Assembly: GCF_036321535.1 (NCBI RefSeq)
Contig: NC_087453.1
Span: forward strand, 11,718,001 to 11,782,000
Direction of reading: 5' to 3'
DNA: 64,000 bases
From: Camelus dromedarius
Lineage: Eukaryota
Under the pieces are notes generated by a model that was not told the origin of the DNA, ran no database searches, and saw only the letters and a program-made list of their open reading frames with translations. A program made the translations under genes and the position numbers. Positions 1 to 13,320 of this stretch are shown piece after piece. Numbering within the stretch: position 1 is the stretch's first letter; every line of letters starts with the position of its first letter.

Positions 1-67
1 CTTGCTTGCAGCTGCCATTGTTGATCAGGGGTGTGTCTCTGGTCGCCGGGTCTGCTTTCCGTGCTGA

Positions 68-736
<669 letters not shown>

Positions 737-989
737 GCCCCAGGGATCCAACTCAGACCATGGATATTGGGGCCAGCCCAGCTGGGGGTGAGGGGCCCAC
801 GGGGACTGACTCCCTGCTCCACCTAGGGTCTCAGATACTAGCAGCCAGCATCCTGTCACTCCTGGGGAGCCAGATCTGTGCTGCTGAGGGTAGGGGACAG
901 CCATGGGCCCCAGCCAGGACATGCTGGGGCCCCAGCCTGCAGGCAGGCTTTGGAAGAGAGGTTTATTTTTTGTTTGGACCCTCAGTCTC

Positions 990-995
990 AATAAA
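990..995 (+). terminator. ZNF335 polyadenylation signal AATAAA
   Basis: AATAAA about 250 nt after the stop codon. Confidence 0.75.
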
Positions 996-1981
996 GGGAC
1001 CAGCGTCCAGCCCTGGCCCGCTCACTTTGTCCACTTGCTGCTACAGCCTGAACCCAGCAAGGACTTAGGAAGCAGGAGGAGCCCGTTAACAGCCCACAAG
1101 GAGGGGAGTGAGGTGGAGGCTGCCCAGCCCTGTGGTGTCTGTTGCCTGGGCTCTGTAAGTACAGTGGCCCAGCAGCAAGGCAGACCCTTGCTTGGGGCAG
1201 AGGCCTGATAACTGGGAGATGGCTAAGCTGGTGAGAACCCCACTGAGCACCTTCAGACCCTGCTTCCTTCCCAGCCCCAGGGTAGCACTGGCACCATGCC
1301 CAGAGATCCTCAGAACACAGCCAGGTGCCTGTACCGATGCCAAACCCTAAGACCTGGTGGCTCTGAGCCGCTCTTCCTTCTGACCCTCAACTGTAAAACA
1401 TACATACCTGGCTTCCCACTCCCTTTGGTGGCTCCAGGGCCAACAAGGGTCTAGCTTTCTACCTGGACACAGCTACCTACCTGCTGCTCCCCAGGGGTAC
1501 GAGCGCGGGGCCCAGCTGTGGGGACAGCGGGATGAGAAGTTAAATGCCAGAGCCCTGGATTAGGGTGTGAAGGCCCAGGGGTCAGGAGAAGGTGAGCCTG
1601 GAGGTATAGGGGTGTGGTCCCAGAAGGAGCTCCAGGTTCTGCAGCCTTCTCTGCCCTCAAGACCCTCACACATTCTTGGGGGGGGGGGAATCTGTATTTC
1701 CTTTTACAAATGAAACAAGGTGGCAACAGGATGGGGGTGGGGAAAGGAAGGGAAGGCATAGGGCCTATTTACAAGGGCCTTGGAGTGAGTCTGAGATGGG
1801 AAGGTGGGAGTTGGGGGCAGGGAGGGGGAGCCCTGGCAGAGCCATAATCTTCCTATGTCATTGGCAGCCTGAGTCCTGCCGCCCCCCAGAGGGAGAGTCC
1901 TAGGGTCCACTCAGCCCCGAGAGGCCTGAGTCCCAGCAGTCCATACCAGCACTCTGGGGCTCCTCCTCCCCGCAGGATGTG

Positions 1982-4900
1982 TTAAGTAGGGTGAGGCTCG
2001 CGGCTGGGGCCCTGCTCGCGGCCTGAGTCCCGGTCCTTGGCCTCTGAGGAGGACGATGAGGAGCCGCCGGAGCCATGGCTGCGGCCTGACTGCCGGTAGG
2101 CCGTGTTCAGCTCCTGCAGCCGCTCAGGCGTCGGCCCCCACTTGGCAAAGCCGGGCTCGTTCTGTAGGAAGAGCACGGCTGTGTTGTGCACAGCCTTGTA
2201 GTGCATTTCCTCCCTGTGGGCAAAGGCAGCAGCTCAGGGAGGGGCCCGGCCTGGCCTGGTCAGCCAGGCCCTCCTGCCCCACCCTCCCCAGCACCCACTT
2301 CTTGCAGATGTGCTGGGAGCCACTGCGGTACTCATGCTCGAAGGCAGGCAGGACCAGCTGGTGGCGCTTGAAGCGGCTCTGCTCCATGCGGGTGAGCGCC
2401 GGTGTCGGGGGTTCCCGCCACTCAGGGATGAACACGATGAAGGACAGGGGCTCTGGCGAGCTCTCGAGCAGTTTCTGTGGGAGGGGGCCCGGGGTGGATG
2501 TCAGGGGCTGTCCTCCAGTTGGCTGGGCAGCTTGCTCGCCACACCCACCCCCAGCAGCAACACACCCACCTCGAAGTGAGATACCATGGCATCCATGAGC
2601 TCCTCGCAGAACGGAGGGTTGGCCTCGAAGGAACCACTCAGCGGGGAGAAGTCCAGGCAGGGCCTGGGGACAGAGGTGAGCATTCTAAGTCTTACCGGGA
2701 CACAGTCCCTCAACCAAAAACAGGCGATGCCCCCACTCCTAGACAGCCACTTTGAAGAGATGGCTGGAGTCAGGCCAGAGGCCAACATTCACCCTTAATT
2801 TGTCCTGGTATAGGGTGTGGCTATCTCTGTTGAATGGATGGCAACAGAGAGGCTCAGGCTGGAGGGCCCAAGTTCACCAAGCTGGTTAGTGGAGGAGCTA
2901 GAGCCCAAATCCAGTTCTGACCCCGCTGCCACCACAGCACAAGCCACACCCAGGAATCCCCCAACTGCCAAGCTTTTCCCTCTTGCTGGCCTGGCCACAC
3001 TTTCCTACTGGAGGCAGCACTATCTTCCCCTCTCATCTGTCCTCCCCCAACCACCATGCTAGTCTGTAAAGTCGCCACCCTGCATTCCTCTCAATGCCCA
3101 GAACCAGGTGCTCCTACTCCAAACCTGGGCTAATTCAACAAGCAAGCCACAGGCTGGGTTAGGGGATTTTGCAGGCTCCCAGAGGTTCTGCAACAGGTCC
3201 GAGGTCACATAGCTGGTAAGGGGGGAAGGCGGGGACTCCACCCAAGACTGCCTGACTCCAAAGCCCAAAAGCTCTAGGAAGCAGCTGATCAAGGTGGGCC
3301 TCTGTGCTCTGGAGGACACTTGCTTAGGTGAGAGAGGACCCACAGGGGAACCCCTGGCTCTCACCCGCGGGAGCCAAAGTAGCCATCTGTGTCAGGGAAG
3401 GCAGAGCAGTACTGGCGGAAGTAGCAGTTGAGGGGCGAGGCGAAGCACTCGAAGCTGACGCCGAAAAGTCGGTGAAGGGCCTCGAAGACGTGCACAGGCA
3501 GCGATCCCTGCAGGCCTGTCCCCTCGTAGAGGCCCACGCCGAACATCATCTGCAGAGCGGCCTGCTCAGCCTCCAGGGTGCAGCCTCCCCGCCCCCTCCA
3601 GTCGAGCCCTGCCCCAGCTGCCCCAGGCCTGTACCTGGTACCGTCGGAGAAGACACCAGACTCGGGGCAGGAACCTCTCAAAGGCAGAATCATCAATGCA
3701 GCTGTAGCGGTAAAGGAGCCACTGTGGGACAGAAAGCAGTAGGTTTCAGCAGCGACCCCTCCCTCTCTCACTGGCCTCCTGCAGAAGACTCCAGGTGGAG
3801 GAAGAGTCAGCCTCATGTCTCCCACCTGAGGGGACCCGCCCCCCCAACCCCAGCTCTTACCAGCTTGCTGAAGTAGTTGCGGCTGACCTTGACCATCTCG
3901 CCCTTGTACCGAATGCAGACCACGTTGTTCTCCATATGCATCTCCACGCTGGGCATGGGAGGCGCAGACACGGCCAGCCGCACTGGGTAGCAGTACACCA
4001 GGCGGGGCTCCACCTCGGGGGCCTCTACCTCCTCTGTGGGCAGGAGATCAGTGAGGGGCCACCAACTCTCACCCTGCACAGCCTCAGTGCCCACCACAGG
4101 CCAGGAGCTTCACACATGCAGTAACCAAGGGAGGTAAGTCTCATCCCAGGGAGGAATAAACTGCAGCTCAGACAGTTCCGTAACAAAGGAAACAGCCAGG
4201 CCACTGGCAGGGCGACAACCGTGGGTCATGTCCGCCTGTTCTGTACTGACACGGGCCCCGGTCCGCCCGCCTCGGGGCCTGGCAGGCAGGGAGGCAAACT
4301 CCAGGCTATGGGTCTGCTGCCATGCGTGTCTTCATCACCAGTCACAGTACCTTATTTTGGGATCTTTTGGGGCCCAGCACTTTGAGTTCCCACTGAATCC
4401 TCATGATCCTGGGGCTAGGTGTGACCTCAGTGAGGCTTACAGGGACTGGGTGTAAACGCAGATCCACATAACTACTCATCCCTGGCCTGCCTTTCCCACC
4501 TCCGGCTCTCCCTTTCTCATCACTTCTGCTTCCTAGAGGAGTGCCGAAATCCCAGAGCCAAGCACAAAGCTGATCCTGCCCAGACACTGCCTGGAGAAAC
4601 GGGCTTCCCCAAACCACTCTGCAGCCTTGCAGCTCAGCCTCACCTGTCCCTTCAGCCAGGGCCTGGGATGCCGAGCTGATGGCATCACACCAGCCCCCTA
4701 CCTGGGATGTTGTTTTCCTTGAGGATGGCAAGGTGCTTCTCTCGGATCCGTTTGACGTACTCCAGGGAGATGTGGTAGATCTTACTGCAGATGCCTTCCA
4801 CCGAGTCCTTGGCTGCGGCCGAGACATGGGGGCCACACTGCCTCCGTAGATGCTCCAGGCGATCCTGGAGGAGACACTCCTGATCAGGGCTTTAGTGGGC

Positions 4901-7900
4901 TGGCAGGGAGGGCTATGAGATTCCAACAGTCCTCATTTTAAAACAGTCTCTGCTACTTACTAGCTGTGTGACTTGGACAAATCCCGAATTGTGAACCTTA
5001 TTCCTCAACTGTTAAGGGAACACACGACACTTAACCTAACAAGGCAGTTGGAGTATCAAATACGATCACTTCCATTAAGGGCTTACCAAGTAAGTGCCCA
5101 ATGAATGCCAGCACTTATTGTTGGAGTTACACTGTGCCAAATCTCATGATACTTGCTGGGGAACAGACAAACCGGCACCATCCCTGCTCATAAGGCATGT
5201 GCAGTCTATCGGGGAGAGGGACCCTCGTAAGTCAGGGTCCCCCTGGTCACTGCAGATTTGCCGTTTGAGCTTTTAGTGACTTGTAAGGTTAACTGTAGGC
5301 ATTTGTAATTTTGCTGAATTGCACGTGTGAAAGTGATGGGTGAAAATGAGTCACTCTGGCTAGTGAGTACACCTACCTTTGTCACTCTACGTGTCAAGTA
5401 CACAGTTACTATCGTGAAGTGCGAAACCTTGTCTCTTGTGAAAAAGGGTCCTGAAAAGAAAGTCCATTGCTAGTGCTGGTGGAGAGTTAAAAAAGTGATG
5501 GGTTTGGGCCGGGAAACAATTGTTTTCAATGCATTAAAGTGGGCAACTGAACCTGGCGGTAGCCCTTAATTGTGACAGGACCACACACAGCCAAGAAAAG
5601 GCAGTTTGTTGGTCTGTTTCTAAAAATCTAAAGGGAGGTGTTGAACATTCATTAAGTGGAAAAAGCAGCTGTTTATGACGTGTGGTCGAGCAAAGGATTC
5701 CATTAAGAACCTGAATGGAAGTTTTCTTTGGGAGAAAGCCAGGAGCCTAGACAAACATCTCCACAGATGTCAGTCTGTGGACCGAAGAGTGTCAGGTGTG
5801 CTGCACTGCACAAAAACTGGCTGCCCGCCTCAGCAGGCAGAGTGGGCTTCTCAGAGGCAGTGGCCACAAAGCCAGTCCACTGGCCACCTGCCCAGGGCCA
5901 CTCACCATGTAGTCCTCCTTGGAGGCAGAGTGGTCCTTCCGCAGCCAGCTGAAGGTGTCCTCCACGTTCCACTTGACCACCTTCCTGCTGTCGGGGGATG
6001 CACTCCTGCCAGGCGAGGGTGCATCAAGGGGCTGGCTGTTAATGTACCCCACCTTCCTAGCTCCTCCCCCCACCACTTCCAATAGTGGCTTACACCACAG
6101 CCCTTGTTCTGCCTCTGGGAGCTGGCCCCACTCCTGCCACCAACAATGACAGAGCCCTATGAGTAGGTCAGATGGCCTTTGCCCTCCCCACTCTGGTCAC
6201 AGAGCCAAACCTAGACTCAATGAGCCGCCTGGCAGCCTCTGCGTATTTGAAGAGCAGGCGCTTGGCTTCCTCCCGGAACTTGATTCGGGATAACCTGCAT
6301 TAGAGAGATTAGAAGACAGAGTTAGAGCCCTTCTCTGTGAGACTGGGCACACAAGCCAAGCTGCCTGGGTCCGCCCCAGCTCTTGGGGCTGTACCTGATG
6401 GGAATGTCATTCATGATTTCTCGAAACATGGAAGGTGACACAACCGGTTCGCAGTTGCTTGGCAACAGGGGATCAGAGCCTTTGTCCACGACCTTGCGCT
6501 CCAGCATCCAGCGGTTGAAGGATTCCCGAGGGGGCTCAATGCCTGAGGGACAGGAAAGCTGATGAAGGTCTGGGTTCAGCCAGCGGGCTCCACGTGGGCT
6601 AGTACACAGGAGGCGCAGTGCGGGCACTGGTGCAGTAGTGAACAAGACCCGGCCCCTGTGATGTCAGGAGCTTACATCCTCAGCAACGTTTCCAAAATAC
6701 ATTCTGAGAATCACTAGTTTTATAAGGAGTGTTGCAAAGGGTAACAAAGAAGGGAAGGAGAGATTCTATATTTCAGCGAAGTTAAGCAAGTTTATTTACT
6801 AATTAATAAAAGCTGAGGTTTATTAAGCACTTACTCCTTGTAGTAATCCTGTGAGGGGTAGGTGCTCTCGTTTTTATGCCATTTTACAGATACATAAAGA
6901 GGCTTCGAACAGTGCCTGGCAGATAGTAAGCACTGTGGAAGTGTTAATTATATCTGTCATTTTGGTATTACTGACCCCAGCCACCCTCTCTGTAGGCACT
7001 GTTCCTGTCACTATCGCACAGATGAGGTACCACAAGTGCAGAGAGGTTAAGCTATGAGCCCGGGGTCACAGAGCCAGCAGTTAGTGGAGCTGGACTCCCA
7101 CAGCACACACTCTCAACCACTGGGCTCCACTGTGTGCTCCCCAAGCCCAGATGGCCAATCCCCAGCTCGTGCTAACGGTGGATGGAGACAAAGGCCGGGA
7201 TCCAGGAGGCAATTACCCTCTCGCTGCTGGCACAGCTCCCGGTAATGCTGCCGGAGCTTCAGGATGAGCTGGGAACGGAGCAGCTCCACCTCGGGATGTG
7301 GAGGAAGCACCTCTGAAGGCCCCCGGTGCTTGATGACGGCGTTGGTCTGAATGTCCAGATCCCAGTAGACCCTGGGGCACAGGCAGGAGCAATGAGAAAA
7401 GGAGGGATGCCCTGCCTGCGACCCCAGCCCTCAATCCCAGGCAAGCTGGCCACCAACGATGGGTGCCCCCACACTGATCAGCCAAGACTCACTCAGTGGG
7501 TCGGAGGAGAGCCGCCTGCTGTTTATCTTCAGGGGATGTCCCCCAAATCTTCAGTGTTGGGGTTCCTGGGACACTGGGGGAGCTGGGCACCGACGGTCCT
7601 GTGGGTGTCATGGGAATTTCAATCTGGAGAAAGAATCAAAGGCATCAGGTCAAGAGAGCTGGCCCACAGCTCCAACACTGCGCCCCCGACCAGCCTGCTG
7701 ATGCCCAGCCCTCGTGGGGGCCTGCCAGCTGCCTGCCTGGGCAGCTGCCGACCAGCCGTTCTTGAGCGTCCACACACACTCACCTTGGGCTTCTTCACGC
7801 CATTGCCACTGGGCTGCTCGTCCGAGAGCTGCTGCTTTCGGGCCTTGTTCTCAGCCGGGGGGGTTTCCACCAAGCTTGAATCTTGGGGCAGGGGGGTCGC

Positions 7901-9426
7901 ATTCAGCCCCAAAGGGTCCGACTGGTGGAGGGAGACCAGCAGAGTTACAACCAGGGTCAGAGGCTTAGAAGTCCCAGTACTGCAGAACCCTGATGCCCTC
8001 CTGCCCCCTGTTCCTACTCCTTGGAGAAGAGCAGAGAGGGCTGGGAGGCCGAAGGAATGCTGGGCTCCACTCCTGCCTACTACTTGGCAACTGTGTGACC
8101 TGGGGGAGTTCTTTCCCTTCCTAATTCCCTCACCTTTCCTGCCTCACCACTGAAGAGATTAAATGACTACAACCATTTTAACGTGACATCTGACATGAGG
8201 TCAGTGCCCAGTACATATTAGTTTCTTTTCCTTAAGAAACAGGATGAAAATCAAAAATAAAGAAAAACCTTAGGAAATGCTCATTTTTTAAGAAGCATTT
8301 AAAAAGTTCCCTGTGAATGGAACTCCTTTGGTGACACTAAGAAGAAGAGTGTGATGGTGGGCAAGGTGTGGCCCTGAAAGGCCATCAGGTGTGAGTCCTG
8401 CTCTGCCTCTTACTGGCTTGAGGTCTTGGGCCACATCACTCCCCCTCTCTGAGCTTCAGTGTCTCCGTCTGCAAAATGGGGATTGAGCGTGCCCAAAAAA
8501 GAAAGTGCCTCAACTGACAGAGACCTCAAAGCCCACATTCCACCAGGCAGCCAGTGCCTCTACTTCCCCAACACGCTGACATCTCTGCTTCTAGACAGCG
8601 CTTCTCACCTCTTCCTCCCCTCACTGAGCTAACCTCCTCACCTTAAACCCTGATGCAGAGCTTTCCCTGTCCCCTCCCCTCCCCCAGGCCTGGGCAGGAT
8701 CCCTGCTACTATGACATTCCTCTTCTTGTAGGTGCTACACTGTAATCCTCCCGCCCCCCCCCCAGTAGACCACGTGCCCCCTAAGCGTGCAAAGTGCAAG
8801 GGCAGGACCAGGTCTATCTCGTTCACAACCGCATCGTGAGCACTGTGCCCAACGTGCAACACAAGGTCAGTATCACATTATTTTAATCATCTTTTTATGA
8901 GTCTTCCATGCTGGAGTGTAGGTGCTGAGAGGGCAGGAATTTTGTCTTGCTTGTCATTGTGTCCCTGGGTCCCAACACAGGGCTAAGTACGTAACAGCTG
9001 CTCAGGGTATGTTTGGGGAAGGCCCAGATGCCAGAAGCTGCTCTGAGACCCCTGCCCAGGGCTGCCACTCACAATNNNNNNNNNNNNNNNNNNNNNNNNN
9101 NNNNNNNNNNNNNNNNNNNNNNNNNNNNNNNNNNNNNNNNNNNNNNNNNNNNNNNNNNNNNNNNNNNNNNNNNNNNNNNNNNNNNNNNNNNNNNNNNNNN
9201 NNNNNNNNNNNNNNNCTCAGCCAGGGTCAGGGCTGCTCCTGGGCACCCTTCCTACCCTGCTACCACCACCACCTCCCTCCACCCACTGTCCCTCACCAGT
9301 ACCTGGGAGGTCCTGCACCAGGCGGATGGGCTTTGGAGAACAGGGCTGGCTCTGATTGGAGGTGCCCGGGGAGTGACTCAGCAGGGACGCCTCCTCCCGG
9401 GGACTGCCGTGATTCTCATTGGCCAT
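1982..9426 (-). CDS. PCIF1: Cap-specific mRNA m6Am methyltransferase (CAPAM), 704 aa
   Basis: Coding exons in transcript order: 9426-9303, about 9197-9073 (WW exon, mostly in the N-gap; last codon ATT|gtgagt is visible), 7921-7784, 7623-7493, 7371-7217, 6542-6395, 6294-6211, 6005-5906, 4864-4702, 4033-3861, 3721-3635, 3549-3365, 2663-2570, 2474-2299, 2213-1982. Starts [14 protein letters not shown], has the NPPF catalytic motif in exon 2663-2570, and ends GPSREPHPT*. Exon lengths sum to 705 codons if the hidden exon is 125 nt. Confidence 0.97.
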
Positions 9427-10806
9427 GTCAGCACCCACACCGGACCTGCCACACAGAGGACCAAAGGGTGTCACGGATAGCGGGGCATGGAGGTCAGTTC
9501 CACCTCCCCACCCACCAATTACAATCCACCAGGGGCGCCAGTGACCACCTGCACATGTGAAGAAATCAATCCAGTCCTGTCCTGGAGGGGCAGCCTGGTG
9601 CCACAGAAAGAGCCCTCAGATTGCAGTTCCCTCAGCTGTAAAATGGGTGCACTCCTGCTGCTTTTTTGGCCTGAAATACTCTCCCCAATTCTCTGCCTGG
9701 CTCATCACTAGGTTCACATCCTCCAGAAACTCCTCCTTGACTCTCCCTTCCCCAGGCTAGGTGCTCAGAGCCCCTCCTTAAGGCCACGAGCATCTCCACT
9801 GTGTACGCAAAGTCTGGTCCATCAAATGGGTTTGTCTCCTCATTGGACTGTCATCACTCCCAGGACTCAGAACTGAGTCCAGTTCAGCCCTCTCTAGTGC
9901 TCAGCATGGTACCTATTCATTCTGCCAGTGTTTACCAAAACCAACAGTGGCAGCCAAGACAGAGCAGGGTGTGCCTTTTAAAAGCTATCCCCATAGGAGG
10001 GAAGAGTAACTCCTCCTCTTCCCTTTTCCTATCCAGTAAAATCTAACTGGAACACAGCGCAGCCCAGGAATGGACATGGCATCTAATTAGATGCCCCATT
10101 CTACACTACAGAGCAAGAAGCAATTTTGTTGCTAAAAGAACCAATGGGACTGAGAAGGAACTGAGTTCAGGTGAAATCCCCAGGTGAAAATTTACTTTAA
10201 ATACCAGGAAGGTCAGCTCCTTCTGGTTTGTGCTCCCTACCACCCCACCCAAAGGACATCCACCACAAGCCTCAATGGCCAAAGTGGTTCCCAACCTGGC
10301 TGTTAGACTCCTAAGAGCCAACTGAGATCAGACTGATGCTCCTAAAGTTGTTTTCAATGTAACAATATCCAAAAGAAATCAAACATTTGCCCACAAAAAG
10401 ACCCAAAAAGACCACAAAGGCACATTTAAATGTTGGTTATCATTGCTGCTGAAATTTTATCAATTCATTGTGGGCACGCTGATTATCTCATGCTGATCAG
10501 AAGCTCAGATTGGTTGTTGACAACATCATAGAAATCACTGGGGTCCTTGATTTTATTGTACACTCAGTCACAGATGTCTTAATTTGGAAAAAGGAAAAAT
10601 AAATATACTTCATCTGTACAGTTTGGCAGATAAGAATGCAGGGAACAAGGGAACATACATACAACAAAAGGAGGCGAGGATAGTAGAAAGGTTTGGAACC
10701 ACTGACCAAGGGGAGCTGCCTTGGTTCTCTGGGGAGGAGGAATTCCCGGTGCCCTGGGGCTGAGCCCACAGGTCTCAAGGCTGAACGAAGTCCCTCTTTC
10801 TCTCAC

Positions 10807-10977
10807 CCTCTGGGGTCTGCAACGCTAGCATGAGAGGGTTTTCTTCTCCGGCCAGACAGACCCCCACGTCACAGGGTCCCACAGAGGCAGTGGGCAGGCC
10901 TGCAGGAGAGCTCAGTGGGCAGGTGGTTGCTCAGCAGTGGAGTGGACGGGGTCCCAGGGGATTCCTCGCGTCAGCAA
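10807..10977 (-). other. PCIF1: PCIF1 5'UTR exon 2
   Basis: 171-nt segment with a pyrimidine-rich acceptor (ttctctttactctgcag|) and donor GAGG|gtgaga, lying between the CpG-island exon 1 and the ATG exon. Confidence 0.7.
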
Positions 10978-12199
10978 CTGCAGAGTAAAGAGAAGAAAAG
11001 AGAGTTGCAGACCTGTGAAATCCTGCAGAGCAGGGACAACAGCAGGAGGGGCAAAGACACAGGGCACATCGGGAGCCCCCAACACAGGGCAGGACACACT
11101 GTGGGAGAGCTGGAGATTTAGGGGATGAAAACAGTACTTCTCAAGCTTCCAACCAACAGGTTCACCTTCACAGACTTGTAGCCCACACAGTCCCACAGGG
11201 CCCCCACTTGAGGTCCCTGAGCCTGGTTTAATGCTCTGCTGTCACCGTCTTCAGCTTTTTAGTAAGTTTTTAACATGGGGCCCACATTCTCACTTTGCAC
11301 ACTTGATCCCACAAACTGTGTGCCTGGTCTTGCCAACTAAAGTACACCTAAGGTAAGAAAAAAATTAACAAACATACATATCACAGATGGGGGGACACAG
11401 AGACAAGCCACCCACAGTGAGTGAAAAACACTTCTTTGCATCAGGTGTTTAATTTAAAAAAAATAGTAGTAACACGTGTAAATGGATTATGTAACAGAGC
11501 ACGTTCCCCTTTATTGGAAAATTATTTTCCCCAAGAAACACTGTGTGATACTGATGCACCAGGTAGATGAACTACGCCGAGGAGACACAAACAGCATAGT
11601 TTAGTGAGGTCAAGTGGGGACACTGCAGTGTTTCCAAAACCAGCTATGCACCAGAACCATCAGAGAATTTGTCAAAGAAACAAAACAAAAAACCCCTCAG
11701 ATTCCTGTCCCTCACTCCACATTGTAGGAGTCAGAAGTGGGGAGGGGAGACAGACAAAAATTTGTATTTTTTAAACGCACCGCATAAGTGGGAATGAGAG
11801 ATCGGATGACTAATTTTTCCACTTTACACCGTTTCAGTTCTCTACCAACTTATTACTAAAAAGTTTTTCTAATTCCCCACGTAATTTGAATGCAGCAAGT
11901 CGGTGGCCAAAGTACCAGCTCTGGGTTTGGAAAGACAGGGGTTCCAGACCCTCCTGCCATTTTCCGATTTATCAAATCAAAATCACTCAACCTCTGTGGT
12001 CTCTTATGAGTAGAGCCTAGCATACTGTACACTCTCAGTAAGAGGTAACTGTTACTACTAAGATAACGTTTTTATTTACCCTGTGGATTCCCACCCTCAC
12101 TCACACCGCAGTCTAACAGTGCCGAGGGGCTTAAGGATAAACTGTATCTGCGCAACCGGAGGAATCCACCAGAAGGAAAAGAAACTCCGACTCCAGGAT

Positions 12200-13320
12200 T
12201 GGAGGAAGAGGGGGCGGGATTATTTCAGTAACGCACCAATGAGAATCCTCTTGCCCAGTAGGGCGGCGTCAAAGGGCTCGCAAAGCGCGCAGGCGCGGGG
12301 GCGCGCGATGGCGGGGAGGGGCGACCCCCAGCGCGCGCGCTCTCCCCTCCCCCCACCCCAGCGGAGGCGGGCTGTTTGGCGCGCGCGCGCCGGCCCATCT
12401 CCCGGGCTCCGCCCCCCGCCCCGCCGCGCGCTCCCGCCCCCGGGCTGAAGCGACTCAGAGTCGGAGCCCGACACAAAGGCGGTGGCGGCGGAAGCAGCGG
12501 AGGGGCCCTAGAGGCCGCTCCGCCCGCGCTCTCCGGACCCAACTCCCTCATCCAGGCCACCAGCCCGGCCGCCCACCCGTGGGCCTAAGATGGCGGCGGC
12601 GGCAGAGAGGGGCGAGCGGTAACCCGGAGCGGAAAGCGCCGGAGGGGCCACCGCCGCCTGGCTTCGGATCCCCGGACCCTGGCGCGGCTCGCGGCGGAAC
12701 CATAGCTTCCTGGGGCTCTTACCTGCNNNNNNNNNNNNNNNNNNNNNNNNNNNNNNNNNNNNNNNNNNNNNNNNNNNNNNNNNNNNNNNNNNNNNNNNNN
12801 NNNNNNNNNNNNNNNNNNNNNNNNNNNNNNNNNNNNNNNNNNNNNNNNNNNNNNNNNNNNNNNNNNNNNNNNNNNNNNNNNNCGCTGCTGCGCCGCCATC
12901 TTGAGTGTGGCAGGACCGGCCGACTCCTTATACCCTGCTTGCTGTGGGCCCCCTCCCCTTCCTCCCGTTCTTCCTTGCTGTTCCATGCGGCTTGAAGGAG
13001 GGGGGGGGCAGCTTTGCTGGCCCTGGGATGTGGACCGAGGAGGGGACAGACTCATAAGCACACTCCCTGCCTCAGTTTCCCCTGTGAGCACACTCGCTGG
13101 CGCCCGAGGACCTGGGTGGGCGGTGCGCGGGCAGGGTCGGACTGAGTGTGCGCAGCAGGGGGCGCGGGGAGAGTTTGGAACCTGCGGGGTCTCAGCTCCG
13201 ACGCCGACCCTGGGGCGGAGTCCTGGTGACGTAGACTCTAGACGTACGGAGGATCTGGGTCCTAACTCCGCCGGGGCTCTGCCACTTCCGGCCAGTTGCT
13301 TGCCCACGCTAGGTCTGTTC
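12200..13320. promoter_or_regulatory. CpG island / probably bidirectional promoter (PCIF1 and a + strand unit)
   Basis: Very high GC and CpG content. GC box at about 12210, CCAAT at about 12238, oppositely oriented YY1 motifs at 12587 (+) and 12902 (-), ETS CTTCCGG at about 13286. Confidence 0.85.
12723..12910 (-). other. PCIF1: PCIF1 exon 1 (non-coding, mostly in N-gap; 5' boundary approximate)
   Basis: Donor CAG|gtaaga ends at 12723. A YY1-type AAGATGGCGGC lies on the - strand at 12892-12902. Confidence 0.6.

Noticed and set aside
4644-4701. Strong-looking alternative PCIF1 donor CAG|gtgagg at 4644
   Set aside because: It adds 58 nt, causing a frameshift. The donor at 4702 gives the correct phase and total length.
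8638-8862. [27 protein letters not shown] as a candidate PCIF1 WW exon
   Set aside because: No WW motif, it resembles an L2 remnant, and the real exon's donor is visible at 9073.
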